Shown here: in pieces, positions 22,935 through 35,063 of the stretch
Position numbering within the stretch: the first letter of the stretch is position 1
Layout of the letters: each line of letters opens with the position of its first letter
Assembly: GCA_963825865.1 (NCBI GenBank)
Contig: CAWGVG010000036.1
Location: 32,001 to 96,000, forward strand
Direction of reading: 5' to 3'
DNA: 64,000 nucleotides
Source: an uncultured Nitrososphaeraceae archaeon
Lineage (GTDB): Archaea > Thermoproteota > Nitrososphaeria > Nitrososphaerales > Nitrososphaeraceae
Notes under the pieces: model-generated
Seen by the model: the letters and a program-made list of their open reading frames with translations, nothing else
The model's database searches: none
Told to the model about the DNA's origin: nothing
Made by a program: the position numbers and the translations under genes

Positions 22935-23363
22935 ATGACAGAAAGTGAAGATAATAAAGGTGAACGGTACAAAACTAACTCCACGTCCTCTCCATCTGAT
23001 CGGCTATCGATCCTCTCCGGACATCAATATGTCAACCTTGAAACGTACAGAAGAAACGGACAGGCAACGGCAACACCCGTATGGTTCACAATTGATGGTA
23101 ACAGGATTTTTGTCGTGACTAGGAGCAAGACAGGAAAGGTCAAGCGTCTGCGAAATAACTCAAAAGTCCGTATCGTGCGATCCGGCATGAGAGGAGAACC
23201 CAAGGGCGAATGGCTCAATGGAAAAGCAATTTTTGCGACTCCAGAAGAGCTAGAACGTGCATTGAAACAAAGAAACAAGAAATATGGATTTAAGGCGAGA
23301 CTATCCGGCTTGTTTTCTAGAACTAAAGGTGACTTGATTGGGATCGTAATCTCTCTTGACTGA
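22935..23363 (+). CDS. PPOX-class F420-dependent oxidoreductase
   Basis: YVNLETYRRNGQATATPVWF, TGKVKRLRNNSKVRI. Confidence 0.9.
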   Translation: MTESEDNKGERYKTNSTSSPSDRLSILSGHQYVNLETYRRNGQATATPVWFTIDGNRIFVVTRSKTGKVKRLRNNSKVRIVRSGMRGEPKGEWLNGKAIFATPEELERALKQRNKKYGFKARLSGLFSRTKGDLIGIVISLD

Positions 23364-23473
23364 AGCCACGCACGATAATGATTGAAAACTACTACTATTC
23401 TGATAACATGCACTTTGACTATTCACATGACTGCTAAATGGGGAAATTCATCCAGGTGATGACATAAGCTATC

Positions 23474-23620
23474 ATGAGCATTGTATTGTTCGCTGCTAAC
23501 GGAACCATTGGTCAGCGTATCGCCAAAGAAGCGCTATCTAGGGGTCATAATGTGAAGGGAGTTGTACGTGACCCAGCGCGTTTACATTTACCCATAAGCA
23601 TCTCACTGTCACGAAGGGAA
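23474..23620 (+). pseudogene. N-terminal fragment of an NAD(P)-binding Rossmann oxidoreductase
   Basis: MSIVLFAANGTIGQRIAKEALSRGHNVKGVVRDPARF, then homology is lost. Confidence 0.7.
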
Positions 23621-24079
23621 GACCGGCCCTGATGGATTTTTGTATATTATCATATGGAAATGGATATATATATATATAAATTGTGCCTTCAAGTTGAGAG
23701 CACTTTTTGCCTCCAAATTGACCTTAGATACTCCTAATCAATTCGTCTAATGTCCTGTTGTAAGGACAACTCTCTAAACCGTGCCATGTCACTCATCATG
23801 AGCTTTTGAATAGTTCATCTTAGCCCTTCATTATCCCAATAGCAGAACTCATCACTGATGCCAGGTAAAAGGTTCTGTATATTCATGTATTTTTGTCCCA
23901 AGATTTCAAAGATGAATCAATCTCTTTCTTAAATCTTATGCTGCTCGATAGCTATATACTATTTTTCACCTGCTTTAGTATCAAATCTTATACTGTATTT
24001 TATCTTTAGATAGATGAAAAAGGGATATGTTAAAGATTTTATTTATGTTCGTTTGATTATAATAAATGTTAGTATCAAT

Positions 24080-24190
24080 GTTAAATGAATAACTACATCT
24101 CCTTAGATACTCAAGATAATTCTACAAAATAAGTTAGCACTAAATTATGCTAAATAAATCAGCAGTAACTTACTCAAGTCAAATATACGG
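24080..24190 (+). promoter_or_regulatory. Dispersed upstream element, copy A
   Basis: TAAATGAATAACTACATCTC...AAATAAATCAGCAGTAACTTACTCAAGTCAAATATA, 25 nt before ATG 24212. Confidence 0.7.
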
Positions 24191-24211
24191 ATGATATCAT
24201 ATTAAGTAAAT

Positions 24212-25459
24212 ATGAACAACATAGTTATCACTATAGTACTGGTTCTTGGCTTATTTCTCTTTGTTGTTCTTTTGACAAATACAATCATTATATATGCTCA
24301 ACAGCAGATGCCACCATCATCAAATACACCACCACATACACCATCGCAATCACCATCATCTTCTCCTAAAGCTGTTAAAATAATATCGCCTACTAAAGGT
24401 CAACAGATGCCAGTAGGAAAAGACCTTACAATATCTGGAACATCTACAGATAATGCAACATCTAATTGTCAAGTGTCTATGAGTGTAAATCATGTAAAAC
24501 CATACCAACCAGCTACTGCAGCAGGCATAGCAGGAGCCAACGACTACTCAAAATGGAACTTTGTACTTACCTCTAATTATGCTACAATAAGACCTGGACC
24601 AGATAATAGAATTACCGCAAAGTATACTTGTACAGACAACCCAGCCATGCTATCACCCACTTATTCTAGTGTAAACGTTACCGGGGTAATGGATACTGCT
24701 TCAACAACATCAACAGCAGCAACAACAACAACACCTACTGCTAACTTACTACTACTACAACAACAACAACAAAAGCAACAAACAATGACAACAAGTAATA
24801 ATGCAACCACTATAAGTAATGGAAATCCCAATAAAGCAACACCACAATACAAGCCATCATTAACTATGGGCAACAATAATACTGCTGCCATAGTAAATAG
24901 TGTTAGTACACTTCCTCCTCCTGTACCAACACCTGCAAATACTCTGGATTCCGGTAAGTTACTTTACCTTGGTATTAATAGTAAATCGGCTAACAAAGAC
25001 GACAATACTAAATCATCTAACAAAGACGACAATACTAAATCAGCAATAGTTCATCATAGTAGTAGTAATGATGATAATTCTTTTGATACTACTGCTAAGA
25101 TAAAAACTCAACATACAAGTAGTAGTAGTAGTAGCGATAAACCAACCAAAAAAACAAATACTTTTAGTAATAATATTGCTGAGCACCACAGCATAAAACC
25201 AAGTACTACAAAGGTAAAAACCTCACATAGCAGTGACAAATCAACAAATAGTGATAAATCAACAAAGACAATGAGTATTACTTCTACTGATACTGAGCAC
25301 CACAGCATAAAACCAAGTACTACAAAGGTAAAAACCTCACATAGCAGTGACAAATCAAATGATGGAGGAAGAGTTATTGATTCAGAGTTTGGTCATTCGG
25401 ATCCTCTGTCTGAAGGTTTAGATCATATGTCTGATACTTTAGATCATCTATTTGGATAG
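24212..25459 (+). CDS. Secreted Ser/Thr/Gln-rich protein with N-terminal Ig-like domain
   Basis: Signal peptide; VKIISPTKGQQMPVG...CQVS...KPYQ...DYSKWNF...NRITAKYTC domain shared with 53373-54560; long low-complexity tail. Confidence 0.8.
   Translation: MNNIVITIVLVLGLFLFVVLLTNTIIIYAQQQMPPSSNTPPHTPSQSPSSSPKAVKIISPTKGQQMPVGKDLTISGTSTDNATSNCQVSMSVNHVKPYQPATAAGIAGANDYSKWNFVLTSNYATIRPGPDNRITAKYTCTDNPAMLSPTYSSVNVTGVMDTASTTSTAATTTTPTANLLLLQQQQQKQQTMTTSNNATTISNGNPNKATPQYKPSLTMGNNNTAAIVNSVSTLPPPVPTPANTLDSGKLLYLGINSKSANKDDNTKSSNKDDNTKSAIVHHSSSNDDNSFDTTAKIKTQHTSSSSSSDKPTKKTNTFSNNIAEHHSIKPSTTKVKTSHSSDKSTNSDKSTKTMSITSTDTEHHSIKPSTTKVKTSHSSDKSNDGGRVIDSEFGHSDPLSEGLDHMSDTLDHLFG
25179..25358 (+). repeat. 66-bp direct repeat (period 114 bp) inside CDS
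   Basis: EHHSIKPSTTKVKTSHSSDKS encoded twice, 25179-25244 and 25293-25358. Confidence 0.9.
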
Positions 25460-25655
25460 CCGAATATGACCTAGCCAGTATCACTTTCATTTTCACCCGT
25501 TCAATGAAATGTTGTAAGACTCAATACACTTATGCTACCAGGTTAAAGCGAGCAAATAGGCTAAAACCACTTTAACTAAAGTATTCAACGCAATAGCGTT
25601 ATGTTATCAATTATTAGTAACATATATCATTGCAATTTGCCTTCAGTCACTGGTT

Positions 25656-26009
25656 CTAATTTCTCTGGATTATCTGCATAAGGTCAAAACTCTTACCTTT
25701 ATCTCTTATACAACCTCTGTTTGTAATAAATTTTGATCTCATGGGAAAAATGTAACTATAATATGATTTATGCTCAATTGGAAGAGATCTAGATTCTATA
25801 GCTTCGCAATCAATTCCAATTTCTCTTATTTCTTCGGCTAATCTTTCATTCAGATTTATTCTTCTAATGGTAGTTTCAGTAGGCAACTCAGATCTTTCAT
25901 GTTTTTATGGCTTTCTCTTTGCCAATGGTCTTTGCTCTTTTAATAATTGTCCCGTTTCTATCGATTTGACAGAAACTGATTTCTCTTCATCCTCTGAAGA
26001 CCACTTCAT
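25656..26009 (-). CDS. Hypothetical protein (disrupted)
   Basis: ATG 26009 MKWSSEDEEK, interrupted, joins ORF 25656-25886. Confidence 0.4.
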
Positions 26010-26906
26010 ATTTATGCCTTAGTGCGATAGTGGCTACTATAATACTTTTCAATATGAGATGGAATGTTTTAATGTATTAACCCGAACAAATAAGAACCTG
26101 ATGGCTGTCAGTCCAGCCAAACCCCCCAAAATAATGGATTTGACTATAAAAGAGACCTCTTAATGAACTTCTCTTTATATCCATTTCCAGCCAAAATAGG
26201 TGCAAGAATTGTCTTTGACTACGAAGGAATTATGGAGAAAGAAGTCAAGGTCTACTAGTGAGGGTATTAGGTATAGATTGCATTATTATTTTACTGACAA
26301 AGGTCATGATAATAGTGATTGGTCAGCTGGGTTTTGAGCGCCAGGCAACCAAAGGTGCTGAGGCATTCAAATTAATCATAGGAGAATCGTTCGACCAAAA
26401 CAAATCTGGAGTAATCACAAATTCTGCAATCTCTAAAGCTAGATGCACTTTGGATCATTTAATTCTGATGGTTTCTGGATCATACAGAGTCATGACAAAG
26501 CAAGAATAACTTAAATTATCATATATATAGATATATATAGAGATCAAAAACACTAATGTTGGTGGATGGATAAGAACAATAAGAATTCTGAGTGAAATGA
26601 GTGAACACACTTTTAGTGTTCTTTTTGACGATGTTCTGCCAACTCTGCCTCTGTCTTGAACTTCTTTCCGCAACTATTGCATTTGAATTTCTTCTTACCA
26701 AACAAATTGAATTGCATACTGTTGATTAGACTTGATCATAGTTATATGTATATATCAATAAGGCTTGTGGAGTACGGTGTATGTGTGTGTGTGATTGACA
26801 AAGTTATTATTATGATGTTATTATTATTTCTAGTTTATTAATTGCAGCAGAGGAGGACAATTTCTTCATATATATATATATATATATTAAATGGTATATC
26901 TTTTAT

Positions 26907-27785
26907 CTAATCTGCTGAACTGCTAGCCAATTCAGTTTTTCCTCTTACATTTTTTTCAATATCTTTGATAAAATCCAACCCATTCTTTGTAGCCAATTCA
27001 TATTCTTTATTTGTCAGATTTGGCTCAAAGCTGATATATTGATTATAACCAATATGTTCTAGACTTTTGACAACCGATTGAAAATCAATATGTGCATACC
27101 CTGGCATTTTCCTATTGTTATCCGCAAAATGGGTATGTTGCAATAGTTCCTCTGACTTTAATATTGCATGTTCCAAAGAATCCTCTTCAATATTCATGTG
27201 AAAAGTATCTAGCAAAACTCCAAAATTGTCTTGATTTATTTGGTTGGCAATAGCAACTGCATCTTTTGCTGTTGTACAATATGGGGTACTATAACGATTA
27301 AGTGGTTCTAATAGCAATTTCACATCATGATCAGCAGCAAATCTAGCGAGTTTAGAGAGTATAGGTATGACTTGTTGTATTATGTGTGCCTTTTGATCTT
27401 CTGAAATTACTGTATGATTTCTATCAAAAGCACTAAGTTGGTCATCAGCGAAAAGACAGATATTTAGCTTATCTCCACCCAATGATTGACACATTTTAAC
27501 ACATCGCTTAACATATTCTTGTGAATGGGTTATGAAGCTTTGATCTGAACTCAAAAACTTCCTCTTCCATCCATCTTTACTTATTGAACCCCACATTCCT
27601 GTAACCCCACAAACAGGAATATCAAATACCTGGAATATCTCTTGTAATCCTATCACATCTAATTTCTCTGTTTCTCCAAACATCTCTACGGCATCATATC
27701 CTTGTCGTATCAGTCTTTCCAAGGTTTGTTCTATAGTTTCTATTCTCCTGAAGGAAGAAAGAGTAATAGAATATTTGAATGTCAT
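26907..27785 (-). CDS. Sugar phosphate isomerase/epimerase (xylose isomerase-like TIM barrel, ketose 3-epimerase-like)
   Basis: LLEPLNRY, LLDTFHMNIEE, HTHFADNNRKMPG, ISFEP metal-binding motifs. Confidence 0.9.
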   Translation of the reverse strand: MTFKYSITLSSFRRIETIEQTLERLIRQGYDAVEMFGETEKLDVIGLQEIFQVFDIPVCGVTGMWGSISKDGWKRKFLSSDQSFITHSQEYVKRCVKMCQSLGGDKLNICLFADDQLSAFDRNHTVISEDQKAHIIQQVIPILSKLARFAADHDVKLLLEPLNRYSTPYCTTAKDAVAIANQINQDNFGVLLDTFHMNIEEDSLEHAILKSEELLQHTHFADNNRKMPGYAHIDFQSVVKSLEHIGYNQYISFEPNLTNKEYELATKNGLDFIKDIEKNVRGKTELASSSAD

Positions 27786-28236
27786 TTGTTATTACAACAG
27801 CCTCTCTTTATTAACTGCATGATTACTATGTAACCAAGTTAATTAGGTAATGCCCGTTTTTACACAATTTATCTATTTACCAGTTAAATAGTTTTTAGAA
27901 AAGTCGGATTTGGGACTTAAGACACACTTCCCAGTTATAGGATCCACACAATTTTTATCTGATCTTTTATCAAACCTTGACTCGAGAGAAATAATAATCA
28001 TATACAGTCTCTAGAACTATAACATATTTTATTATTTGGAGTTCGTTCCGCAATATAAATGATGTTTGAATTAACCTGAAAAAAGTGTATCTCCACTCAA
28101 GAATGATGTGATCTTATCTATGTTTGGCAGCTTTATGTATTCTGATTCTAGAAAACCCTTTTTACAATCAGGCAATCGTCAGTTACTAATGTGTTTAACC
28201 CATTTTGGTAAAACCAACCAAAAAGCACTAATATCG

Positions 28237-28255
28237 TAGCGGGCTCGAAGGGATT
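28237..28255 (-). other. tRNA 3'-end fragment (tRNA-Lys-like), possible att site
   Basis: Minus strand AATCCCTTCGAGCCCGCTA = end of T-loop, 3' T-stem CCCTT, 3' acceptor CGAGCCC, discriminator G; no 5' half adjacent. Confidence 0.55.
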
Positions 28256-29193
28256 AGTGACGATATCGGTGCTAAAAGTGGATTTTACTTTAATATGATA
28301 TCAGGGTAGCTTTAAAGTTTTCTGCTTCAACAAGATATCAATAAATCAAAAGATTACAAATGAAGTCCAGCATGCTATTGCAGTCTTGGCTGCATTAATC
28401 ATTAGTAATTAGAAGGAAGCATACAGAGATAAAGTGCAGCTTTGGGATGGTCTTGGATAATTATAAATGCTCCTGAGGGCTGAAGGAATTCTGTCGATTT
28501 ACTGGCAAGCTAACACTTCAAATGCACATGCACCCCATTCGCTTCTTTGGCATTTTCCGAACTCTTGAAAGACAGATTCACGGCGCATAAGCACTGCAGC
28601 TACAGTTAACATTGCTATAATTTTTTTTACTACTCAAATCTATAGTAAATTAATAGCACTATCAAGCTTTACAGGCAGGTCTGAAGCGGAAGATAAGAAA
28701 TCCAAAACTAAAATGAACATAACTCTACAGGAGGTCATGTAGCTATCCTGGACGGACTAAAGAAAATGCATGATGGATAATAAGTCCTTTTGTTAACAAG
28801 CTTGTGTTTTCTTATCTTATTTCTATTCCCATACCTTTCCTTCAGCAGGTCCATCCCCATTCAAACACACCTACTATGTTATTGAGAAATGCGAGTTTAG
28901 ACAGATAATTTGTCTTTTCTTCTCCTCTCCTTTTTCTCTATTGTTTTTTCTATCACTGGCGTTAGAGATCATGATAATAGTAATAAGTTTGAGTGCAATT
29001 AAAAATTTAAATTAGCAAGAAAATCCATCACGAGATAAATAGTTTGTAGAAGAGCTATTCTAAAAAAGTAACATCAATCAATCAAGCCAAAGAGGTTGCG
29101 CATTTTTCTATGTTTTGCCTCCCCATTTTTGCAATCTTCCTGCTTAGTCATTTCTTCTGGCTCTCTTTATAGGATTTGATCAGTAAACTGCGA

Positions 29194-29361
29194 TCATTTC
29201 TTCCTAATGTCTTTAAGATACTGTCTCATGGATTCTACGATAAGAGCAGTTACTGTCGTTTTCATATCTATGGCCAAGTGTTTGAAATCATCAAGCAAAT
29301 CAGTAGGAATTTTTATACAAGTTTTAATTTCATCACCTGCTATCGTTTAATCCGGTTCCAT
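29194..29361 (-). pseudogene. Ribbon-helix-helix-like DNA-binding protein with early in-frame stop
   Basis: MEPD*TIAGDEIKTCIKIPTDLLDDFKHLAIDMKTTVTALIVESMRQYLKDIRKK read by hand. Confidence 0.5.
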
Positions 29362-29729
29362 ATACAAAATTTATGTACACAGTTATATGTATTTATGCTT
29401 TAGCATATAGATATCTTATCATATAGAAAAGATATTTATATATATAGTTATATTCATTCATGCTTACGCATATATATTCCTTACCGTATAGAAGTATACA
29501 CTTATATATTCTATGTCTGGCAACATAGGTATGGACACTCTAACGTTCCCAGTAAAGGTAGCAACTATGATGGCAACACCATCTACGGTGCTCACGATGA
29601 CGACAAGTCAGATGACAAAGCAAGCATCTGCATTCGAAGATCCAAAGCATTGCAACACATATGGATGGCCCTCCTGTTACAACGTAGGGTATAACGACGG
29701 TCGATAAAGCTGAGGAGGCGAACTAAGAA

Positions 29730-30720
29730 ATGAACAACAATAGCAAAACTCAATTCAACAAAGTTTTGGTGATAGGGCTGGGACAGCTAGGTTTACCCGT
29801 AGCAAAATACGTTAAGGAAAAAGGATTTGACGTGTATGGCTATGATCTAAGTCATGAAGCCATAGAGTGTGCAGAGAGGATCGCCGCTATAAAGCTACTA
29901 ATTTTAGCGACTTTGATGTTTACATTATATGCGTGTCTACCCACAATCCTGATGACATTTACTCTCCGAAAATAGATGGGTTGTTATCAATTGTCGGAAC
30001 AATCTCCAGAGAGGCAAAAGACGGAGCACTTGTTTCAATAGAGAGCACTATTCCGTGGGGCACTTCTAAAAGGGTATTTGAAATGCTTAACCATAGAGTA
30101 CATGTCGCGCATGCACCCCATAGGTGGTATTCTCTAGAACAGGAAGAACATGGGGTAAATCAATTACGTATTGTAGGTGGAGTCTGTGATTGTTGTCTTA
30201 AGGCAGACTTTGGAGTTTTATAGTGACAGAAATACTGATACTACTATTACCAATATTAATACTGCAATCACCAATACTATAACTTTCAATAACATCCATA
30301 GTAGTAATTATAATGATAACAATAACAACGAGGACGGCAACAAGCATAAGAGCCTGAATATTCCTATGCGTGCAGTATCTAAAGTAGAAATTGCTGAAAC
30401 AACAAAAATAGTTGAAAACGCACACAGATATTTACAGATAGCATTTGCTGAAGATCTGTATCTGTACTGTCAAGCAAACAACATAAACTTTCCAGAACTA
30501 CGGGACGCTCTAAATACCAAATGGAATGTTGAGGTATTAGAACCAAGGGAAGGAGAGACACTGCCTACCAAAAGATACTAGAATGTTCTTGCAATCATCA
30601 GCTCGAAGAAAAAGTAAGATATTAACGGCAGCTATGGAAGTAGATGAAGATTATAGAAGATATAGAGCCAAGATAGAACCACAGCTTGAATATCCTGTTA
30701 TTGAGCCTAACAGAAAATAA
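29730..30720 (+). CDS. Nucleotide-sugar dehydrogenase-like protein (UDP-ManNAc/UDP-glucose DH family), frameshifted
   Basis: VLVIGLGQLGLP, YIICVST, VSIESTIPWGT, AETTKIVENAHRYLQIAFAE across three ORFs. Confidence 0.8.
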
Positions 30721-31338
30721 AATTTGACTGGAGTATAAAACGCGTACACGTTTTGAATATAAGATCAATAAATGTATAGGAATAAACTTGAAAGTGAAAG
30801 TGGAGTAAAGTTAACGAACTATAATATTGTTATTTTGGGTTCTGTCAACTTATCGTCTCCCGATAGGTTAGATAACCTGGCTCTATTGTTCTAACCAAGG
30901 AACTATTAGTGCCAGAACGAAGCTCTTCGTTGGCTTTATCATACTCTGGTACAACAATTAGCCATCTTTGTCTTTCTTCTAATCTTTTGCATAATTTTTC
31001 ATGTTCTAGGTCTTTCTTGTACGAGTCGCTTCTTTTTTCACTTGTTCTAGTTCCATTTTCGTCGCTACCAAATTGTCTGCTACAGGTTTATTTTTCTCAT
31101 ATTCCTGTAGAGTATTAGTAGTTACATTGTGATCTTGTAGCATCTTTATTTTTGCCATTTATAGATCGGTTATTTCTTGCCTTATTTTCATCCAGCCTTT
31201 CTTATTCTTTGCTGATATATTCGGGAGCTTAGTTCTAATACCTTACTTCTACGCCATTCTAATCTGTTTTCATTTTCTTTCATTCCTTCTTTCTTTCATG
31301 GTGAGAACAAATATTCAAGAATCATAATGTACAGAATC

Positions 31339-31563
31339 TTAAATAGCATTTTCATTGATTTGTTTTATCTTATCTAAAACATATTGTTTAAGCTCTGCAT
31401 CCCATAATATTGCAGATGCAGTTTTTGTCAATGATGGCAATGCTTTTTTACCATAAGACGTCAATGCATCAAGTGCCTTTCTTCTTGTCTCGTTGTTCCA
31501 AGACGATATTATGATGTATTCTAGCCTTGCCATCTCCATTTGGTCTGGTTCCCACCAAGCCAT
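31339..31563 (-). CDS. Small HEAT-repeat-like helical protein
   Basis: ETRRKALDALTSYGKKALPSL pattern. Confidence 0.55.
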   Translation of the reverse strand: MAWWEPDQMEMARLEYIIISSWNNETRRKALDALTSYGKKALPSLTKTASAILWDAELKQYVLDKIKQINENAI

Positions 31564-32279
31564 AAAGTTCCTCTACAACCTTAGATAATTGCTGGTTTAT
31601 ATATCAATCAATCAATCATTAAACCCCTTGCATTGTGTTATTATGTTCAATTATTATTATATCACATTAGAATATCTCAGTGTGTTGTGACTTTGGATGT
31701 TCAGCATCTGGACTTGCAATACATGACCTGACTCATGACCGCATATATTCGCTTTACAAGGAGGTTTATGGCTTATTAAAGCCTGGAGGGGCAACTTAAA
31801 TCATGTTGCTTCGCCGACGCTGAGCCGGTTTAGATGGACACAACCAAAAGATGCTTGTTTTGGATGTGGTAAGGCTAATACGCACCCAAAGGAAGCAAGA
31901 AAGTGTAACCTATGTAGGTAATCAAAATTGTTACCCATCTGTGTAAGTACAAACAACTAGCAATAATATCGGTTTATTTTGTAAATTTAGTATAAAAATA
32001 ATAGCTTCCCTCAAATACTGATGTTCTATTACATTACAACAATAACTAAGGCTCATAAAGTTAGTTAGTTAAAAATTTAGCTAAAATATATATTCCAATT
32101 TCATATTATAGTAATGAAATTGTTCATATATCCTCAAACAATAGCATACATCTGATTTATAGATCAAATGAAGCGTTCAGATAGATAATAATAGGTTATA
32201 TAGTTAAGTCAAATACAACAAAAGGCTATCTGCAGAAATTTTTTATTTTATGCAGAAACAAAAAAAGAAAATAGGTCGT

Positions 32280-32810
32280 TGGCCTATTAAAAGGTCAAAC
32301 GGAAATTTACTGTGACTTAATGAAATTATATGATAAAAAGGTTAATTGACTATTTTTCTTTTAGGGAATTTCGAATTGACCGTAATGGTGCGGAGAATGT
32401 TGTAATGCAAGGACGTGTAACGAAATAGAGAAGAGGCTGTAGTTATTATTGCCAGTATTGTTATATCTATACCTCAGGAGATTTAATTTGTTGTTGTTTT
32501 TTGTTTTTCGTTCTTGTTACTATGTCGCTATGGTGATGATGGTAACGATGATGACGCTTGCTTTGCAGTTGCATCTACAGTATATGTTACTGTGAATGCA
32601 AACTATATTAGACAAAAAAAGGGTGGCGATAACAGAATATGGTAGCAGAAGAATCTATCCAAAATATTGGTGGATAGAACACATCAGTCACAATATTAGT
32701 GGATATAATTCCCTCCTGCGAACAAGTCACATTGTTGCCTGGATGGATACATATCAGGTTGTGTGGTTGTAGTGCAGATGATGATGAAGTTGTGCAGCTA
32801 ATGCCTTATT
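32280..32810 (-). pseudogene. Decayed paralogue of the secreted CTHP-motif gene at 41195-41737, with its downstream flank
   Basis: QPHNLICIHPGNNVTCSQEGIIST at about 32700-32770; 32280-32320 matches 41111-41150 (GGCCTATTAAAAGGT...TTACTGTGACTT). Confidence 0.7.
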
Positions 32811-32896
32811 CTTGTAAACAATTATAATTAATAAAAGTAGATGAATTTTCTTAATGCATATGACGAAATGTTATAGGGGATAAATTATTGTGTCTT

Positions 32897-33139
32897 CTAT
32901 CTGTTATTTAATGGTAGGCTAACGTAAAATGTAGCTCCTTTGCCATCAGGGTTGTTTTCAGCCCACATCCTTCCACCATGAGCTTCTATAATGCTCTTTG
33001 AGATAAACAAACCCAAGCCGGTACCTGCAACTGATTTTGTAGCAAATTTTGTAAACAATCTAGGCAATATTTCAGGATCTATTCCTGTGCCTGTATCTTT
33101 AATACTGACCATTAATATCAGGATATGTCTCCCCAACAT
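32897..33139 (-). pseudogene. Histidine kinase HATPase C-terminal fragment
   Basis: KDTGTGIDPEILPRLFTKF...GTGLGLFISKSIIEAHGG, with no upstream H-box. Confidence 0.85.
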
Positions 33140-33836
33140 ACAAAGGAACTACCTTGGCTAACATCCACATGCTACTACTTTTTATCAACCGTTTTTGATG
33201 GATACAAGTTGCTATTCTTTTTCTTGTCTTATAGTTAGATAGTTAGCGTTTGTTATCTTTTATATTTGCAGATATCCCATTACCTGATTCTTCAACAAAT
33301 AAAATCTCTGATAATGGTTTTCTTTGCCTTGGTATGAATGCTTTTTGTATTAATCTTTCTGTTATAATATGCGATGTGTATTATTCATAAACTGGTGTTC
33401 CATCTGAATTATATCTTTTAACTTTTTTATCCTTGTTACTTTAACTACTGGAGGAACTAATGGGAGATCCCTTGTTGCTAATTCTGGTAGCCTTCCTCCT
33501 AATTCCTCTTGATACAAATAATACTGCTGCCTAATGCTGCCATAGTACCAGCCATCGTTGCAAACATGAATATTTGATCGGCCATTGTTTTATCTTTGCA
33601 AGATGTCCAAATTAAACATATCGTTAATAAAGATGAGTTTTTAGCTTCAAAATGTATTAGATATAAAAGATTTTGAAATATTTTGAAATATTAGACCAAA
33701 ATCATCTTATCTTGCATCTTCAATATCAGGAAAGTTTCCACAATATACAAGGTAACGAGATGGTTCTAACTTTCTAACATCAATTCCATATAAGTGATGT
33801 ATTACAGAAGGAAAAAGTAAAAAAGGCAGTATTATA

Positions 33837-35063
33837 ATGCTGGGCAATGAATTGCAAAGACAAGGTAATGAACTAACTTCGCCACAAACAATACTTGATT
33901 TAGGATGTGGAAATGGACGCAATTCATTATATTTGGCTAAAAAATACCAATCAGCTCAGTGTGGTTCTAGTTGATTCTGATGCTAGCATGCTTGAATGGG
34001 CACAACAATTATTTAGTTTACATGGATTACCTGTTAAATCAGTTCACACAACCATAGAAGAACTTGCAAGCGATCCATTAAGATTTATTGAAAAAATAGG
34101 AATTTCTAAATTTGATACTATTATATTTTCCTATGTTATTCAACATATAGATCCAGTTTATTATCCTATTGTGCTCGATTTTTGTAAACAAATTTGTAGC
34201 GGATACATGGCAATAGGCACATTCTGGAATCCTTCTAGATTAAGAGTGGGAGAATTTACAAAAATTGGTTCCGTAAATTGGTATGGACTCCCCTATGAGG
34301 AACTTGTAACACTGTTAGCTCCAAGATTTCGAATACTAAATGACAAGGTCTTGAAAACTAGTATAGCTTTTATGATAAATATGGTGCTTAGAGAAGGACA
34401 AACCTCGCTGGAAAGGGTGTTGAAACGCAATTATGAATACTATTCAGACAGAATTAGGCACGTTCGCTCGGTAGGAACAGATAGAACAAGAGACAAGAAA
34501 GGAATAATAAGCATTGATGAATTGGAGTGCACAAAACTACTAAGTTCTCTTTACCCCGGTGAATTTGATCTTGTAAGGACAGAAATGACTCAATGGATTC
34601 AAAATTGTGACAGAGTAACACCATCACTTACTGAGCCAAATTTCTATGGTGTTGTAGAATAAACAAGATTCCAGCGATGTTCAATGAGGTCTCAAAAGAT
34701 TTTGGCATGTCAACAAAAAGACTTATGCAAACTATGTTAGAAACAGATTATGTTCCTGGTCCAACCGGAGCAGAGTTTGTTGATAGACTTTCAAAACAAC
34801 TCGGTCTACGTGATGGCATAAGAGAAACGGCAATTGATTTAATTAGTAAAAATATAGAAGGTTCAAGTCCATCCATCACGGCTTGTTGTGCCATAATAAA
34901 AGCAACAAGGAAACATGGGGTTAAGATTAAGACTTGTGACATCGCCTCAACTTTGGATGTTACTACTACAGGGATACAACTTGCATTAAAGCGAGAAAAT
35001 GACATAGATATTGGTTCTTTTGATAGAATTTATATTGTGATGGAATCTACCAAAGTATTATAA
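33837..35063 (+). CDS. Class I SAM methyltransferase apparently fused to a TFB/TFIIB cyclin-like domain (two frameshifts)
   Basis: ATG 33837 then ILDLGCGNGRNSLYLAK, VVLVDSDASML, FDTIIFSYVIQHI; frame 34635-34676 reads AKFLWCCRINKIPA into EFVDRLSKQLGL, GSSPSITACCAII, DIASTLDVTTTGI. Confidence 0.7.
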
